Positions 24,168 through 35,837 of a stretch of DNA of 64,000 nt are shown here, piece after piece; positions within the stretch are counted from its first letter, which is position 1; each line of letters starts with the position of its first letter. This stretch comes from Selaginella moellendorffii. Lineage: Eukaryota; Plantae; Lycopodiophyta. The notes beneath the pieces are model-generated. The model saw only the letters and a list, made by a program, of their open reading frames with translations. It did not search any database and was not told the DNA's origin. Made by a program: the position numbers and the translations under genes. The DNA is taken from positions 344,259 through 408,258 of the forward strand of contig NW_003314301.1 in assembly GCF_000143415.4 (NCBI RefSeq), in the 5' to 3' direction.

Positions 24168-25199
24168 CTCAAACTCCATCTTGGACTCCATCTTGGGTCC
24201 ATCTTGGACTCCATCTTGGACTTCATCTCGGGTCCATTTTAGACTTCATCTCAAGTCCATCTCGGACTCCATCTTAGGTCCATCTTGGACTCTATCTCAG
24301 ACTTCATCTTGGGTCCATCTTGGACTCCATCTCAGACTCCATCTCGAGTCCATTTCAGACTCCATCTTGGGTCCATCTTAGACTCCATCTCGGGTCCATC
24401 TTGGACTCCATCTCAGACTCCATCTCGAACTTCATCTCGACTCCATCTCGGACTCTATTTTGGACTCCATCTTAGACTCCATCTCAGGTCTATCTCGGAC
24501 TCCTCCATGTGTCATGTGTTGGTCCTCTTTTGTCGCTTTTCTAGAGACTCACTTACTGCTTGCTTCGTGCTCGTTCCTTGAGCACTTTGTTGGGGGTTCC
24601 ACTCCCATTCTCAACTTTTTAAGTCGGAGCTTTTAGTCCAAACGTGTTACTCTCATTTGGCTTCCACTTCAGCCATTACCACATGGCACCTTTTCAGCTC
24701 CACTTTTGGGGCTTTGGGATTTGTGTCTCACAACTTTATGTGTTTGCATTGAATTAACCATCTTTTCTCCCACTTATGATTATTTGTGCAAAGTAAAGTT
24801 GAGAGAGTGATATATACTTATTGTTACTCACCCCTTTGGGGTTTGATGTTGAATTCTCTTCTATTCTCTTTTCATTTTTCCTTTTTTCCTCTTTTCTCCT
24901 ACGTTCTTGTCTTTGTTTGTTTGTCACTATTTTGCAGGCAGGGGCAAGAACGTGAGTATAGGTAAAAAATGCCTTACTAAAAAGCAATTGTCAACATCAT
25001 AGAATCCTCATATAGAAAATTAATGTTGAAACAACAAGCTCATCAAGAATAAGAGAAGAGAATGAATAATGGAGAAGAGCTCGATAAAGGGTGTTAGCAT
25101 CAGGCATAAAACCCCAAGCGATGAATAATCTTAAAATCATATATTTGAAGCTTTAGAGCCCATTGAGCAATACAATTAACTAAGTTCTTTTGCTTCAAT

Positions 25200-27000
25200 A
25201 ATGAAATAACTATAGTATGATCACCTTTTAGTAATGTCTGAGAACCATATAAACATGCATGAAACTTCTCAAAACCTCAAACTACTACTAAACATTCTTT
25301 CTCTATCATAGAGTAATTTGCCTCTATTGGTTGTAATGTATGGTTAATGTATATAATGGGATGATGTTTATTAGGCACACTCAGGCTTTCTTGCATCAAC
25401 ACACCCCTGAAATCAATATCAAAAGCATCCATGTGCAAAATGAAAGGTTGAGTGTAGTTAAAATACACCAAAATTGGAAGAGTCATTAAGAACTCTTTGA
25501 GATCTCCACTCACAGTCCTCAAACCAAATAAAAGACAATGTTGATAAATTTAACAATGCTTGCAATAGTGCAATATAATCAGAAAGATGATCAATAAAAT
25601 AATTGAAATAGCTTAGAAAGCGCTACATATCATTCATACACTTTAGAGTAGGGAACTTTAGAATAGTTATAAGTTTCTTAGGATTACCTTGCAAACTGTC
25701 ATAAGAAATATGATGCCTAATTAAGTTGTATCATTGGACCCACATACATACTTCAACTACTTTAACTTTAAACTAACTTCCTATAACTGATGTAACACTT
25801 TGCAAATATCACAAATGTGCTCCTCCCATGTCCCTTTTGAATGGATTAAAACATTATTAATAAAGTCAACAATCACCTCTAACATATCATAAAGAACGTT
25901 GTCCATTATTTTCTAGAAAGTTATCAAAGCATTATTCAAACTGTAAGCTTCTAAATTTAGACTTCCTAAAAGGTCACTTAGCTCAGTATTATTTAAACCC
26001 AAGGACATTTAATCTTAAATATCCCAAGATTTTTAACTAATTGAAAAAGGGGGTGTATTTTTGTTCATATGCATTTTCCCTCTATATTTGAACCCCTATG
26101 AATTATCTCTCGAGTCATTTCCTTTGGTTGCTTACAATCCACTACACTTCTCTGTAAGTTCACACCCTCATAAACAAAAGTTAAGAGCCATAGCTCTCCT
26201 AAAAGCTTCATTTTCTTAACCCCTACCTGTCAGGTGGAGCCTAACCGGAGGTAAATTAAACCTGTCAGATGTCAATCTCAACATATGGTGTGATTCCCCT
26301 AAGTTAATCAACAGAGTTGAACTTGAAACTTTTTTGATATCAAATATAAACTCCTGAATTTAAACTTTTGCGAAGGTTACCCAACCCAATACTATTCAAA
26401 CCCAAGGATGTTTAACCTTAAGTATCCCAAGACCCTTAATCAATTGGAAAAGAAGGTCACTTTTGTTCATAGGCATTTTCCCTTTATATTGAACCCCTAT
26501 GGATCATCTCTTTAGTCATTCCTTTGGTTGCTTACACAAATGATATCACTAAAAACTTGTAAAAAATAAATAGTATACAAAAAGTAGTCTTGGGAACATT
26601 TTCTTCAGCCATCAACACTTACTAATACCTGGAAGTAAAATCTAACTTAGTGAACCAATGACTTCTTTGTAGTTAATCTAGAATATCAGAAGTGTGAGGA
26701 AAAAGGTAGATATCTAGATAGTCACCTCATTTAATGGATAATAGTATATTCAAAATTGAATACTCCTATAAAGGTTCATTATAAAATGAGATTTATACAT
26801 GTAAGGACTAAAAGATTTTTAATTAACACCTTTCTCCAACACGTTTGTATGTAAAATCTTGATATTTTTTTGTGATTGACACCAAATAAGAACCTTGATT
26901 AGATGAGCATCCCTAGTTGAAATAGGATGATGTATTGCAATCTTAACTCCAAATGACAAATCAAAGTGGAAGAGATTAGTATATTCCTTTTTGAGTAGTC
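25200..27000 (-). pseudogene. Decayed Ty3/gypsy RT-RNase H remnant
   Basis: ORF 25277-25522 (PILVYFNYTQPFILHMDA...ANYSMIEKECL) is RNase H-like. The RT motif (VISF.LNNA, i.e. MPFGL) is split by the Cassandra insertion. Confidence 0.75.
25942..26536 (-). mobile_element. Cassandra-type TRIM, older complete copy
   Basis: LTRs 25942-26136 and 26345-26536 are homologous to 19322-19516 with a degenerate 5S segment; TSD CAAAC/CAAAT; interior homologous to 19117-19321. Confidence 0.85.
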
Positions 27001-27623
27001 AACCACTACAACATAAAGACTATCAAAGGGATTTTAAGAGGGAATATAGAAGTAAGATGGAAAATAGTAGATAGTAATAGGGAAATAAAAGTGATAGAAG
27101 AAAAGGTAAAAATAGAGGGATAAAATGGAACAAACGTGAAAGGAATGAAAGAAATATCAAGAAGTATAAAATAAGGGGTGAAGTATTAAAGTCACATTTG
27201 GTATGATTGTGTTACAACCAATTTATATCAAAGATGAGGTTAAAAGTTTAATTCAACACCACTTATAATGATTGAAGCTCAAACTTGAGATTACCTACAC
27301 ACATAGCTAGGACCTTATTCCACATATATACATATATACAACTGTTGTAATAGAGAATGAATATTAACTCTATTGCACAATATAACTATAGACGGCAATG
27401 TGTGGATATAAGCTAAGCAATAGAAGATAAACTTGGAAACTTTTTATTATAATAATGAGCTTACAAAGTAAATATTGGATGAATTCATGTCAAGTGAACC
27501 CCTTTATAGTTTTTTATTAAAGCCTTCACCAAATCCTATGTGCATTTGCAACTTTATCCTAGTTCTTCTTCCTTGGCCTAACATCCTAGTAGTAATGACT
27601 CTTGAGGTCTAGGCATGACTAAC

Positions 27624-29071
27624 CTAGTTCGCTTTTGCCAGGGAGCTCAATGAACTTGGAATACAAACCCATAATTTTTTCTCTTCCTCTTTCCTTTAGT
27701 CCTTGAAAGATTTCCTTATCTTTGTCACAGCTTCGCTCACAAACTCAAGCCACAGTTTTGGTTGATCCATTACTCCTGTTGCTATTGCATTGCTCTTCTT
27801 TTTCAGAGAGACCAGACCACCTTCCCATCCATCCTTGAGCATTTGCTTCCCTAGAGAGCTTTGGTAATGCTTGTCGTCTACTCCATCTGTAAGAGACCTC
27901 CCTCTAAAGTTTGGAGCCTGGATTCTCAATCAAGACTTGGTTCTGGTTGCTTGTCGATGTGTTCTCTATTGATCTGTTTGTGTGTCCTTGTGGATCAGCA
28001 AACTGGAGCTTGTTGTCAAGGGGCTAGAGTGTGCTCACGACCGAGACAAAGTCAAAATCATGGTTTCTCTTTTGTTTTAGACTAAGTCTGATTAATTAGT
28101 GGGGGATTAGTAATAATCCTAGGGCTATGACCCTTTGTGAGGGGTGGAAACCCTGGTATCAATCGTGAGAGATGAAATACAAAAGAGGGCTTGATAGAAA
28201 ATAAAGAGCAAGTAGTGGTGTGATGGAGAACAATGATGGCACTGCTGAAGAGGCTAGTGCTAAGGAGGACGAACCTCTGGACAGCCACAGTGACAATTAG
28301 CATCGGAGTGTGAGGAGGCTCAAGTCCCTAGGTAGCAATTGTTTCTCCATGCTTGCTCGTCTTGGTGTTCGTGGAGTTCCCCTCCACACTTGTTCGCTAT
28401 CCTTGCATCACCAAACACCTCTTCGCAAACTCCCCTCGTGAACTTAATCCCATCTCATCTAGATGCAGCAAGACAAGCCATCATGGCCGTCTTCTCGCAA
28501 GCTTCTCAGTCTTCTGTACTGGATTTAAAATTTGGGACAAACACTTTCACCAGGGGGAGCGGCAAGCCTTTGAGGCAGTGATCGAACAACCCTTCATAGT
28601 GGCAGCCTAGAAAAAATGAAGTGAGTAGGTGCTCCCATACAATTTCTAATGCTTATGTAATATGAAGTAATTTGTTTTTCGCAGTACTGCCATGCACGGC
28701 TCCAACTTGCCTTGTCCTTGAATGCCAAAATGAATGGACCTTTTGAAGGATCATCATCGCTTCCAGTAGGAACTGGTACTCATAACACTGGAAGAACCGA
28801 CTCAAATGCAATCATTGTTGCCAAGGACGATAAGTCTGTGCTGTGTGCACTCACTAGATCTTCCTTGGCTGCAAACAATTTTTCATCAGGATAAGAGAAA
28901 CAAAAGAAAGAAGAATAAAAATGCTGCTCCTTCAACCTAGTAAATCTGGACAATAGGCCATTGAAAATCTGTATATACTCACGCCTTAGAATCTATCAAG
29001 AACTTTCTGGAAGTTATGTGTGACGAAGACGAAGCTCCACCAGGAACACACCTTCAGACCTAAGCAACAAG
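27624..29071 (-). pseudogene. Block of gene fragments, copy 1 of 3 (conserved uncharacterised plant protein plus other fragments)
   Basis: Near-identical to 32533-33988 and ~54740-56170. Minus strand encodes VPVPTGSDDDPSKGPFILAFKDKASWSRAWQYCEKQIT...GCSITASKAC with stops and an intron remnant. Confidence 0.7.
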
Positions 29072-30769
29072 CTATAGATGGATGTTTACTTATTTCATTA
29101 TAGATGATAGTCAACTAATGATTGTGCTATACCTTTGGGTTTTGTTTTTCTCATAATTGTTAATAACTATGTTGATAATTCCATGGGAATTTCAAGTTCT
29201 TATAGCAGTCTATAATTGCCTAATAGAAACTCCAAATGTTTTGAAATTCAAAATTTATAAGTTCTTCATGAATTAAATTTAAATTCAAATTCAATAGTTC
29301 AATTCAATTCAAGGTATTTGGAATATTCTTTGATATGACAACCTTCAATTAAAGAATAAATAAATTTGAGTTTAATAATACACATCTAGACAAAAAGATT
29401 ATTTCAATTGTTGGCTGCCATGGCTAGAGACACATCATTCCCCTACTCTGCTTTCATCTTGGCAAAACAGCTCTAAGGTTGATTCCCTAAATCACATTGG
29501 ATTTTCATGCTCACCACTCGGACATCCTATGAATAACTCAATTCAGAGCTCATCTTGAGAATTTCAATTGTGCTAGTCATATAGTTCATCACAATTATGA
29601 TCTGATGGGCATTAGCCTCAGTCAGGGCCTATCAATCACACCCAGAGGTTTGCTATATCTAGGTCTGTGAGTTACCATGCTGCGCTGTTGTGATGATCTT
29701 TGACTATTCTTTGTCTATGATCCAAAGAAGCTCATGAAACTAGCTAAGAAGATCAGGTCACGGTCTGTCAAGGAGGTGTTTAAGGCCATCCACTTGCTCA
29801 TGGTGCACTACTCTCACATTGATGTCACATTCATGTATGTGTGGCAATCACAAAAGGTAAAAATATCTCTCGTTGTTTCTTCCTTGTCAAGGATGCCTAG
29901 AGCAACCACCCTACTGGCTCTTGAGGAGCTGGGTGCCCGTACATCCTGCCAGCCTTGGCCATGGCAGCAACAAGGCCGTCAATGCCTATAGAAAAATATT
30001 GCCCAATTCCCTTTGTGCACGATAGAGCTGCTGTCAGGAGTGAGAGGGGGAGGAAAGGAAAAGAGAAGAGAGGAGAGGGGAGGAGGAAGAGGTGTGGGAG
30101 AGAGAGAGAGGAGAGGGAGAGAGAGAGGAGAGGGAGGGGAGAGGTAGAAGTAAAAAATCATTTTAAGTGTTTATTATAACATATTAACCACTTAGATTAA
30201 TAATATCACTAGAAAAATATTTGAATTATCTCTTAAACTAATCTTTAATTTTTTTATTTTATCAATTGATCTCTAATCAAGTTTATTCTGATTTTAATAA
30301 AATTTATTATAATGACATAAGGAGTTAAAATCTCTATAACATTTTGTGATGCTAATTGAACAGTTCAAATTTGAATTCAAAATTTGAATGAATTGAACTT
30401 AATTGAATTCAAAGCAAAAAAAGTTAATTTGAATTCCAAAAATATTGAATCCACCTGACTTATGTTATCATTTTTTCATTTTCCAGAGGGAAGGATAGTG
30501 TAAGCTCTTTCAATACATATATGTATATGGTGCTAATTTTTGTAGTATAGCATATTAACTGTCCTTTTGAGATTGAATCTGGTCTATCTATTTTTCTATA
30601 TAAGCAAGGGTCTAAACCCAAATTAATATATTTATCCCATATCTCAAGCACTCATAATAAGAAATATTAGTAAATTAACTAAGCTATATATACTAAAGTT
30701 AAAATGAAAGGATAAAAGTCTTTAGTCAACTACCTTAAATATATAAACTATTTGGCATAATGTATTTTA

Positions 30770-30870
30770 AAATATATCTTTATCATTAGTTAACAAGTTT
30801 AAATTAATGGTATATATATCATTTATATACCATTAATTTAAACTTGTTAACTAATGATAAAGATATATTT
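30770..30870. repeat. Perfect ~47-bp inverted repeat just downstream of the lectin copy 1 stop codon
   Basis: Arms 30770-30816 and 30824-30870; only one arm is present at the paralogous site (~53050-53098). Confidence 0.9.
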
Positions 30871-30888
30871 GGATGATATAATTGTATA

Positions 30889-31782
30889 TCATGTTATACA
30901 ATTAGGATGATTTTGTGTTCCTGTAGACCACCAAATATGATTTGGTGATTTTAGTGAATAAATTACAAGATTACAGTCATCTTGTATTGTCATGAATGTA
31001 AGAAATAAACAATAAGGTTGATTAATGCAATATTTACCACTAGACCAAATTACTGTTTTAAAATTTGTCTTTAATACAAGATTACCATCATTTTGTAAAG
31101 TAAGTTCACAAAATCCAATATATGTTTTTATAACTCTAGACATCCACACAAGTTTTTGACCAGAATATAATACAAGTTTACAGTCTGTTGATATAAAAAG
31201 TATATTTTTCCCATTTGGAGATATTAAATATTCAGAAGTTCTTAAGCTATGCTTATAAAAACCTGAAATTAATGTACTTTTTGTAGTATCACAAGTTTTA
31301 GGATCTTTATAAGAAATGGTATGTAAAGATTTTGAACTGTAAATATCATCAGTAATATTCCACCAATAATATATAGCATATGCAATTCTATAGTTTAAAG
31401 ATTTAATATCACACATACTAGAGCGTGCATTTAGCATTGCATCAGTATAAAGTTTTCTTAATGACCGAAATCCAGTTCTAAGTGCACGACCATTAACTGT
31501 ATATTCAAATTTATCCTTACCAAATAAACAATTTGGAGGATTTGCTTCCATACGATCTATCATTAAAAGAGCAGCTCCTCTACCAAAATTAACAGACATC
31601 CAATTGTCATAAGTAGAAGAATAATCAGGAAATGAATTATTAATTTGTGCTTCAAGTACTCTAAATCCATGTTCAATAATTACATCAACTTCATCTTGAA
31701 GTAATGTGTAATTATCTCCCCAAACTATTGCACTTGAAACCATATCTACAAAAAATAGGATCATATATGCTAAAAATAACAT
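30889..31782 (-). CDS. Secreted chimeric lectin: signal peptide, unknown ~140-aa domain, bulb-type (GNA/B-type) lectin domain; copy 1
   Basis: 297-aa intronless ORF with a hydrophobic N-terminus and QxDxNxVxY-type motifs LQNDGNLVL and IQDDCNLVIY...WSTGT. Confidence 0.85.
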   Translation of the reverse strand: MLFLAYMILFFVDMVSSAIVWGDNYTLLQDEVDVIIEHGFRVLEAQINNSFPDYSSTYDNWMSVNFGRGAALLMIDRMEANPPNCLFGKDKFEYTVNGRALRTGFRSLRKLYTDAMLNARSSMCDIKSLNYRIAYAIYYWWNITDDIYSSKSLHTISYKDPKTCDTTKSTLISGFYKHSLRTSEYLISPNGKNILFISTDCKLVLYSGQKLVWMSRVIKTYIGFCELTLQNDGNLVLKTNFKTVIWSSGKYCINQPYCLFLTFMTIQDDCNLVIYSLKSPNHIWWSTGTQNHPNCIT

Positions 31783-32532
31783 ATTTAAGATTTCTAAATA
31801 AAATCATTTTATAGTGGTTTTAATTATTTTCTTTTATCTAGGAGATTAGTAATAGTATCTCTCTTTTAAAAATATTATCTTCTGTTTAAAGTTGTATATA
31901 CATTTGTAGACACATTGTATGTACTATTTTATATTAAATATTGACTATTTTTTATGCAAGCAACAGTAACCAAGACTTCTCCCAGGTCATGCATGACACA
32001 CAGATCTACTGAATATCTCAAGATACCTGCGACACCTCCTTGATCATGCCAAGTACTGCCCATCAGACTCTACTCTGAATATTCCCTTTTGACCTTTACT
32101 AAAGAAAAAATGTGTAATAGTCTCCACCTTAAAATATCAAACTCTGCAACCTTGGAAAGCTTCTTGATAAACTCTTTATTGCTGCACAATTGAAAGGTAC
32201 TCCTCTTCAAAAGTGAAAACAATTGATTGCTTCAGGTTTGAGTTGGCTACAGATGTTTTGCAAGACTGGTCTTGGCCATCCATATTGGTAGTAAAACTGG
32301 ACATCCAAGGCATTGCTATTCAGCTGCAGTGCCAAGTGGAAATTTCAATGTACTCTTGTATGTTACAAAATTCAAGACAACTAATGAGGAATTCAATTTC
32401 CAATGCTGCAGCAGCAAATTCTTCGTGTAGTTTGGTCACTTGTAAAGCCATGCAGTCTTAACACTCCCAGCTGCACAAACTCACTGCCACTGGGTCCAAG
32501 TATGGCTGCGTTCTAGACACCACTTACCTGAC

Positions 32533-33988
32533 CCAGTTCGCTTTTGCCAGGGAGCTCGATGAACTTGGAATACGAACCCATAATTATTTCTCTTCCTCTT
32601 TCCTTTAGTCCTTGAAATATTTCCTTAGCTTTGTCACAGCTTCGCTCACAAACTCGAGCCACAGTTTCGGTCGATCCATTACTCCTGCTGCTATTGCATC
32701 GCTCTTCTTTTTAAGAGAGACCAGACCACCTTCCCATCCATCCTTGAGCATTTGCTTCCCCAGAGAGCTTTGGTAATGCTTGTCATCTACTCCATCTGTA
32801 AGAGACCTCCCTCTAAAGTTTGGAGCCTAGATTCTCGATCAAGACTTGGTTGTGGTTGCTTGTCGATGTGTTCTCTATTGATCTGTTTGTGTGTCCTTGT
32901 GGATCAGCAAACTGGAGCTTGTTGTCAAGGGGCTAGAGTGTGCTCACGACCGAGACAAAGTCAAAATCATGGTTTCTCTTTTGTTTTAGACTAAGTCTGA
33001 TTAATTAGCGGGGGATTAGTAATAATCCTAGGGCTATGACCCTTTGTGAGGGGTGGAAACCCTGGTATCAATCGTGAGAGATGATATACAAAAGAGGGCT
33101 TGATAGAAAATAAAGAGCAAGTAGTGGTGTGATGGAGAACAATGATGGCATTGCCGAAGAGGCCAGTGCCAAAGAGGACAAACCTCCGGACAGCCACAGT
33201 GACAATTAGCATTGGAGCGTGAGGAGGCTCAAGTCCCTAGGCAGCAATTGTTTCTCCGTGCTTGCTCGTCTTGGTGTTCATGGAGTTCCCCTCCACACTT
33301 GTTCGCTATCCTTGCATCACCGAACACCTCTTCACAAACTCCCCCCACGAACTTAATCCCGTCTCATCTAGATGCAGCAAGACAAGCCATCATGGCCGTC
33401 TTCTTGCAAGCTTCTCAGTCTTCTGTGCTGGATTTAAAATTTGGGACAAACGCTTTCACCAGGGGGAGCGGCAAGCCTTTGAGGCAGTGATTGAACAACC
33501 CTTCATAGTAGCAGCTTAGAAAAAATGAAGTGAGTAGGTGCTCCCATACAATTTCTAATGCTTATGTACCTCGCAATATGAAGTAATTTGTTTTTCACAG
33601 TACTGCCATGCATGGCTCCAACTTGCCTTGTCCTTGAATGCCAAAATGAATGGACCTTTTGAAGGATCATCATTGCTTCCAGCAGGAACTGGTACTCATA
33701 ACATTGGAAGAATCGGCTCAAATGCAATCATTGTTGCCAAGGATGATAAGTCTGTGCTGTGTGCACTCACTAGATCTTCCTTGGCTGCAAACAGTTTTTC
33801 ATTAGGACAAGAGAAACAAAAGAAAGAAGAATAAAAATGCTGCTCCTTCAACTTGGTAAATTTAGACGATAGGCCATTGAAAATCTGTATATATTCATGC
33901 CTCAGAATCTATTAAGAACTTTCTAGAAGTTATGTGTGACAAAGATGAAGCTCCACCAGGAACACACCTTCAGACCTAAGCAGCAAGT
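32533..33988 (-). pseudogene. Block of gene fragments, copy 2 of 3
   Basis: Homologous to 27624-29071; retains the GT...AG intron at ~33517-33569; in-frame stops. Confidence 0.7.
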
Positions 33989-35550
33989 GAATTAAGGAAA
34001 ACCCTACCTTTGAAGTGACAGAATTTTATCTCTCTGTGAGTCCTTCGGTGTTGCACCAATGATGAATATTAGCTTTGTGCTAAATATGAAAATAGTAATT
34101 CATGGTAAGGTCTTTATAAAATGGTTTAACATTTGATGAGGACATTGAATGGAGACACAAATCCTTATGCCCCAAAGTGGAGTTGAAAGGGTGCCATATA
34201 GCAACGGTTGAAACAAAAGTTCAACGAGGGTAACACGTTTGGAAAAAAAGCTCCAACTCTAAAAATCAAGAGCAAGAGTGGAACTCCTAAAGAAGTCTTC
34301 AAGGAATAAATATAAAGTGATTAGTAAATGAGTCATTAAAAAATGATACAAGAGGGACCGATATATGGCAAGTGTCATGACACAAGGAAGTGTTGGGACT
34401 AACTCCAAGATGGAGTCTGAGATGGAGTCCGAGAAGGAATCCGAGATGGAGTCCGAGATGAAGTCTGAGAAGGAGTCCGAGATAGGGACTGATACCAAGA
34501 CTAAGACTGAGATCGAGACTGAGACTGAGACCGAGACCAAGACCAAGTTCGAGTATGAGTTCGAGAGTGAAAGCCCAAAGCAATTGTCTCCCAAACTAAG
34601 GGGTTTGAGCTCCAAAAGGATATAGTGGGAGGATTCTAATGGAACTAATTTGGCCAAGAAGGGCTAGTGTGACCAAAGCTTTAACTTCTTCTTCCAAGTG
34701 GCTCTGAGGTGACACTAAGGTTGTACCCACGTGGTGAGTGATGATATAACCATTGAGGAGTCCAAGGCTAAAGTGAATGTCAAGACCCCCAACAAGATCA
34801 GGACTGGAAAATGTAAAAGACAAAGAGAAAAGCTAGTGAAAGCTTTAGATTGGCGTTGATTCAAATTGTGGAGAAATGGAACAAGGCTAACCTATATATA
34901 CTATAGCTCGACCACTCTTGGATTGAGGACAGCCTAAATATAGCTGAAGTCGAGGAGGCACCACGTCATCATCAAGAATGTGGTTCGAAAATCAAGAATC
35001 ATACAGGAAATCAGAGAGTCAAGAATAGAGAAGTGTCTCAAGAGTCAGGAATGTGGTCTACAAGTTAGGAATCTAGCAAGAGTCAGGAATGTGGCAAAAA
35101 TTTTGGGATTCTTGACAGCATCCCCTCCTCAAGAACAAGTGGAACAAGGACGTGAATGAGAACAAAGAGGAGGATGAGATGGGCATCAAAGGATGGGAGA
35201 TGGAGAATGAAAAGAATGAGGACTGGGATGAGAAGGATAGCGGTGGTGGAAGTCCTAAACAAGCTCAGAAGAATGAATCAAGTTGTCCACAGGTTCTCAA
35301 GTGCATTCCTCAGATCCGTAACCCTTCCAGTCTACCAGATAGTAGAGTTTAGACCGTGAGATCTTGGAATCAAGGATGTCCTAAACCTCGTACTTAGACC
35401 CATCCTTGAGCTGCACTGATGGAGGCGGAGGAATGACCTGATTTGGAATAGGACTCGGAATATAAGGCTCAAGGAGAAATGAGTGAAAAACGGGGTGAAT
35501 TTGATATGAGGAGGGAAGTGCAAGGTGATAAGTGACAGGATTAATGATGG

Positions 35551-35837
35551 ATGCTTTATTTCGTTAAAGTGGAACTTATTCAGTAAAGTGGGACATTAAT
35601 TAGCATGTGTCCACATGCCATTTCCTAGTACTTAATTAATATTTATTAATATTTCTATCAGTTTTTTAATTTATTTTTTATATTTCACAATATTATAACA
35701 CAAAATCATATGAAAAGTTTTTAATTTATAAATTATAAAGCTAAAACTTCAATTTTTTATTGTTGTTATAAAAATGGCATGTGGCCACACACCATAAGTG
35801 GGATAATGAAAAGTTCCACTTTAACGAAATAAAGCAT
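35551..35837. mobile_element. MITE, 287 bp, perfect 27-bp TIRs, 4-bp TSD ATGG
   Basis: TIR ATGCTTTATTTCGTTAAAGTGGAACTT at 35551-35577 and 35811-35837. The empty site is visible in chromovirus copy 1 (~14045-14058). Confidence 0.92.

Larger units (their letters stand above)
21450..24503. repeat. Expanded 12-bp minisatellite in the family A 5' LTR, ~115 units, interrupted by two insertions
   Basis: Blocks at ~21450-21824, 22974-23641 and 24168-24503. Confidence 0.95.
8888..24732 (-). mobile_element. Large non-autonomous LTR retrotransposon (family A) with multiple nested insertions
   Basis: Homologous LTRs at 8888-16117 (3' LTR) and 20329-24732 (5' LTR), both tgtaag...gtgtctca(c/t)a on the plus strand. 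tRNA-iMet PBS TGGTATCAAAGC at 20314-20325 (minus); PPT GGGTGGTGGAGT at 16118-16129 (minus). Internal region is short and decayed; no matching TSD found. Confidence 0.8.

Noticed and set aside
21450-24503. Regular short repeats resembling a CRISPR array, and ORFs of SISD/LHLG/EMES repeats
   Set aside because: Head-to-tail 12-bp minisatellite with no unique spacers in a plant LTR; the ORFs are by-products of a stop-poor unit.
8883-24737. TSD for the family A element
   Set aside because: Flanks CCACT and ACTTT do not match, and the flanking gypsy remnants are in opposite orientations, so the two LTRs may come from recombined copies.
29072-30457. Possible TIR DNA transposon with (AATTC)n/(GAATT)n subterminal tracts
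   Set aside because: Termini too degenerate and no TSD identifiable; not supported enough to call.
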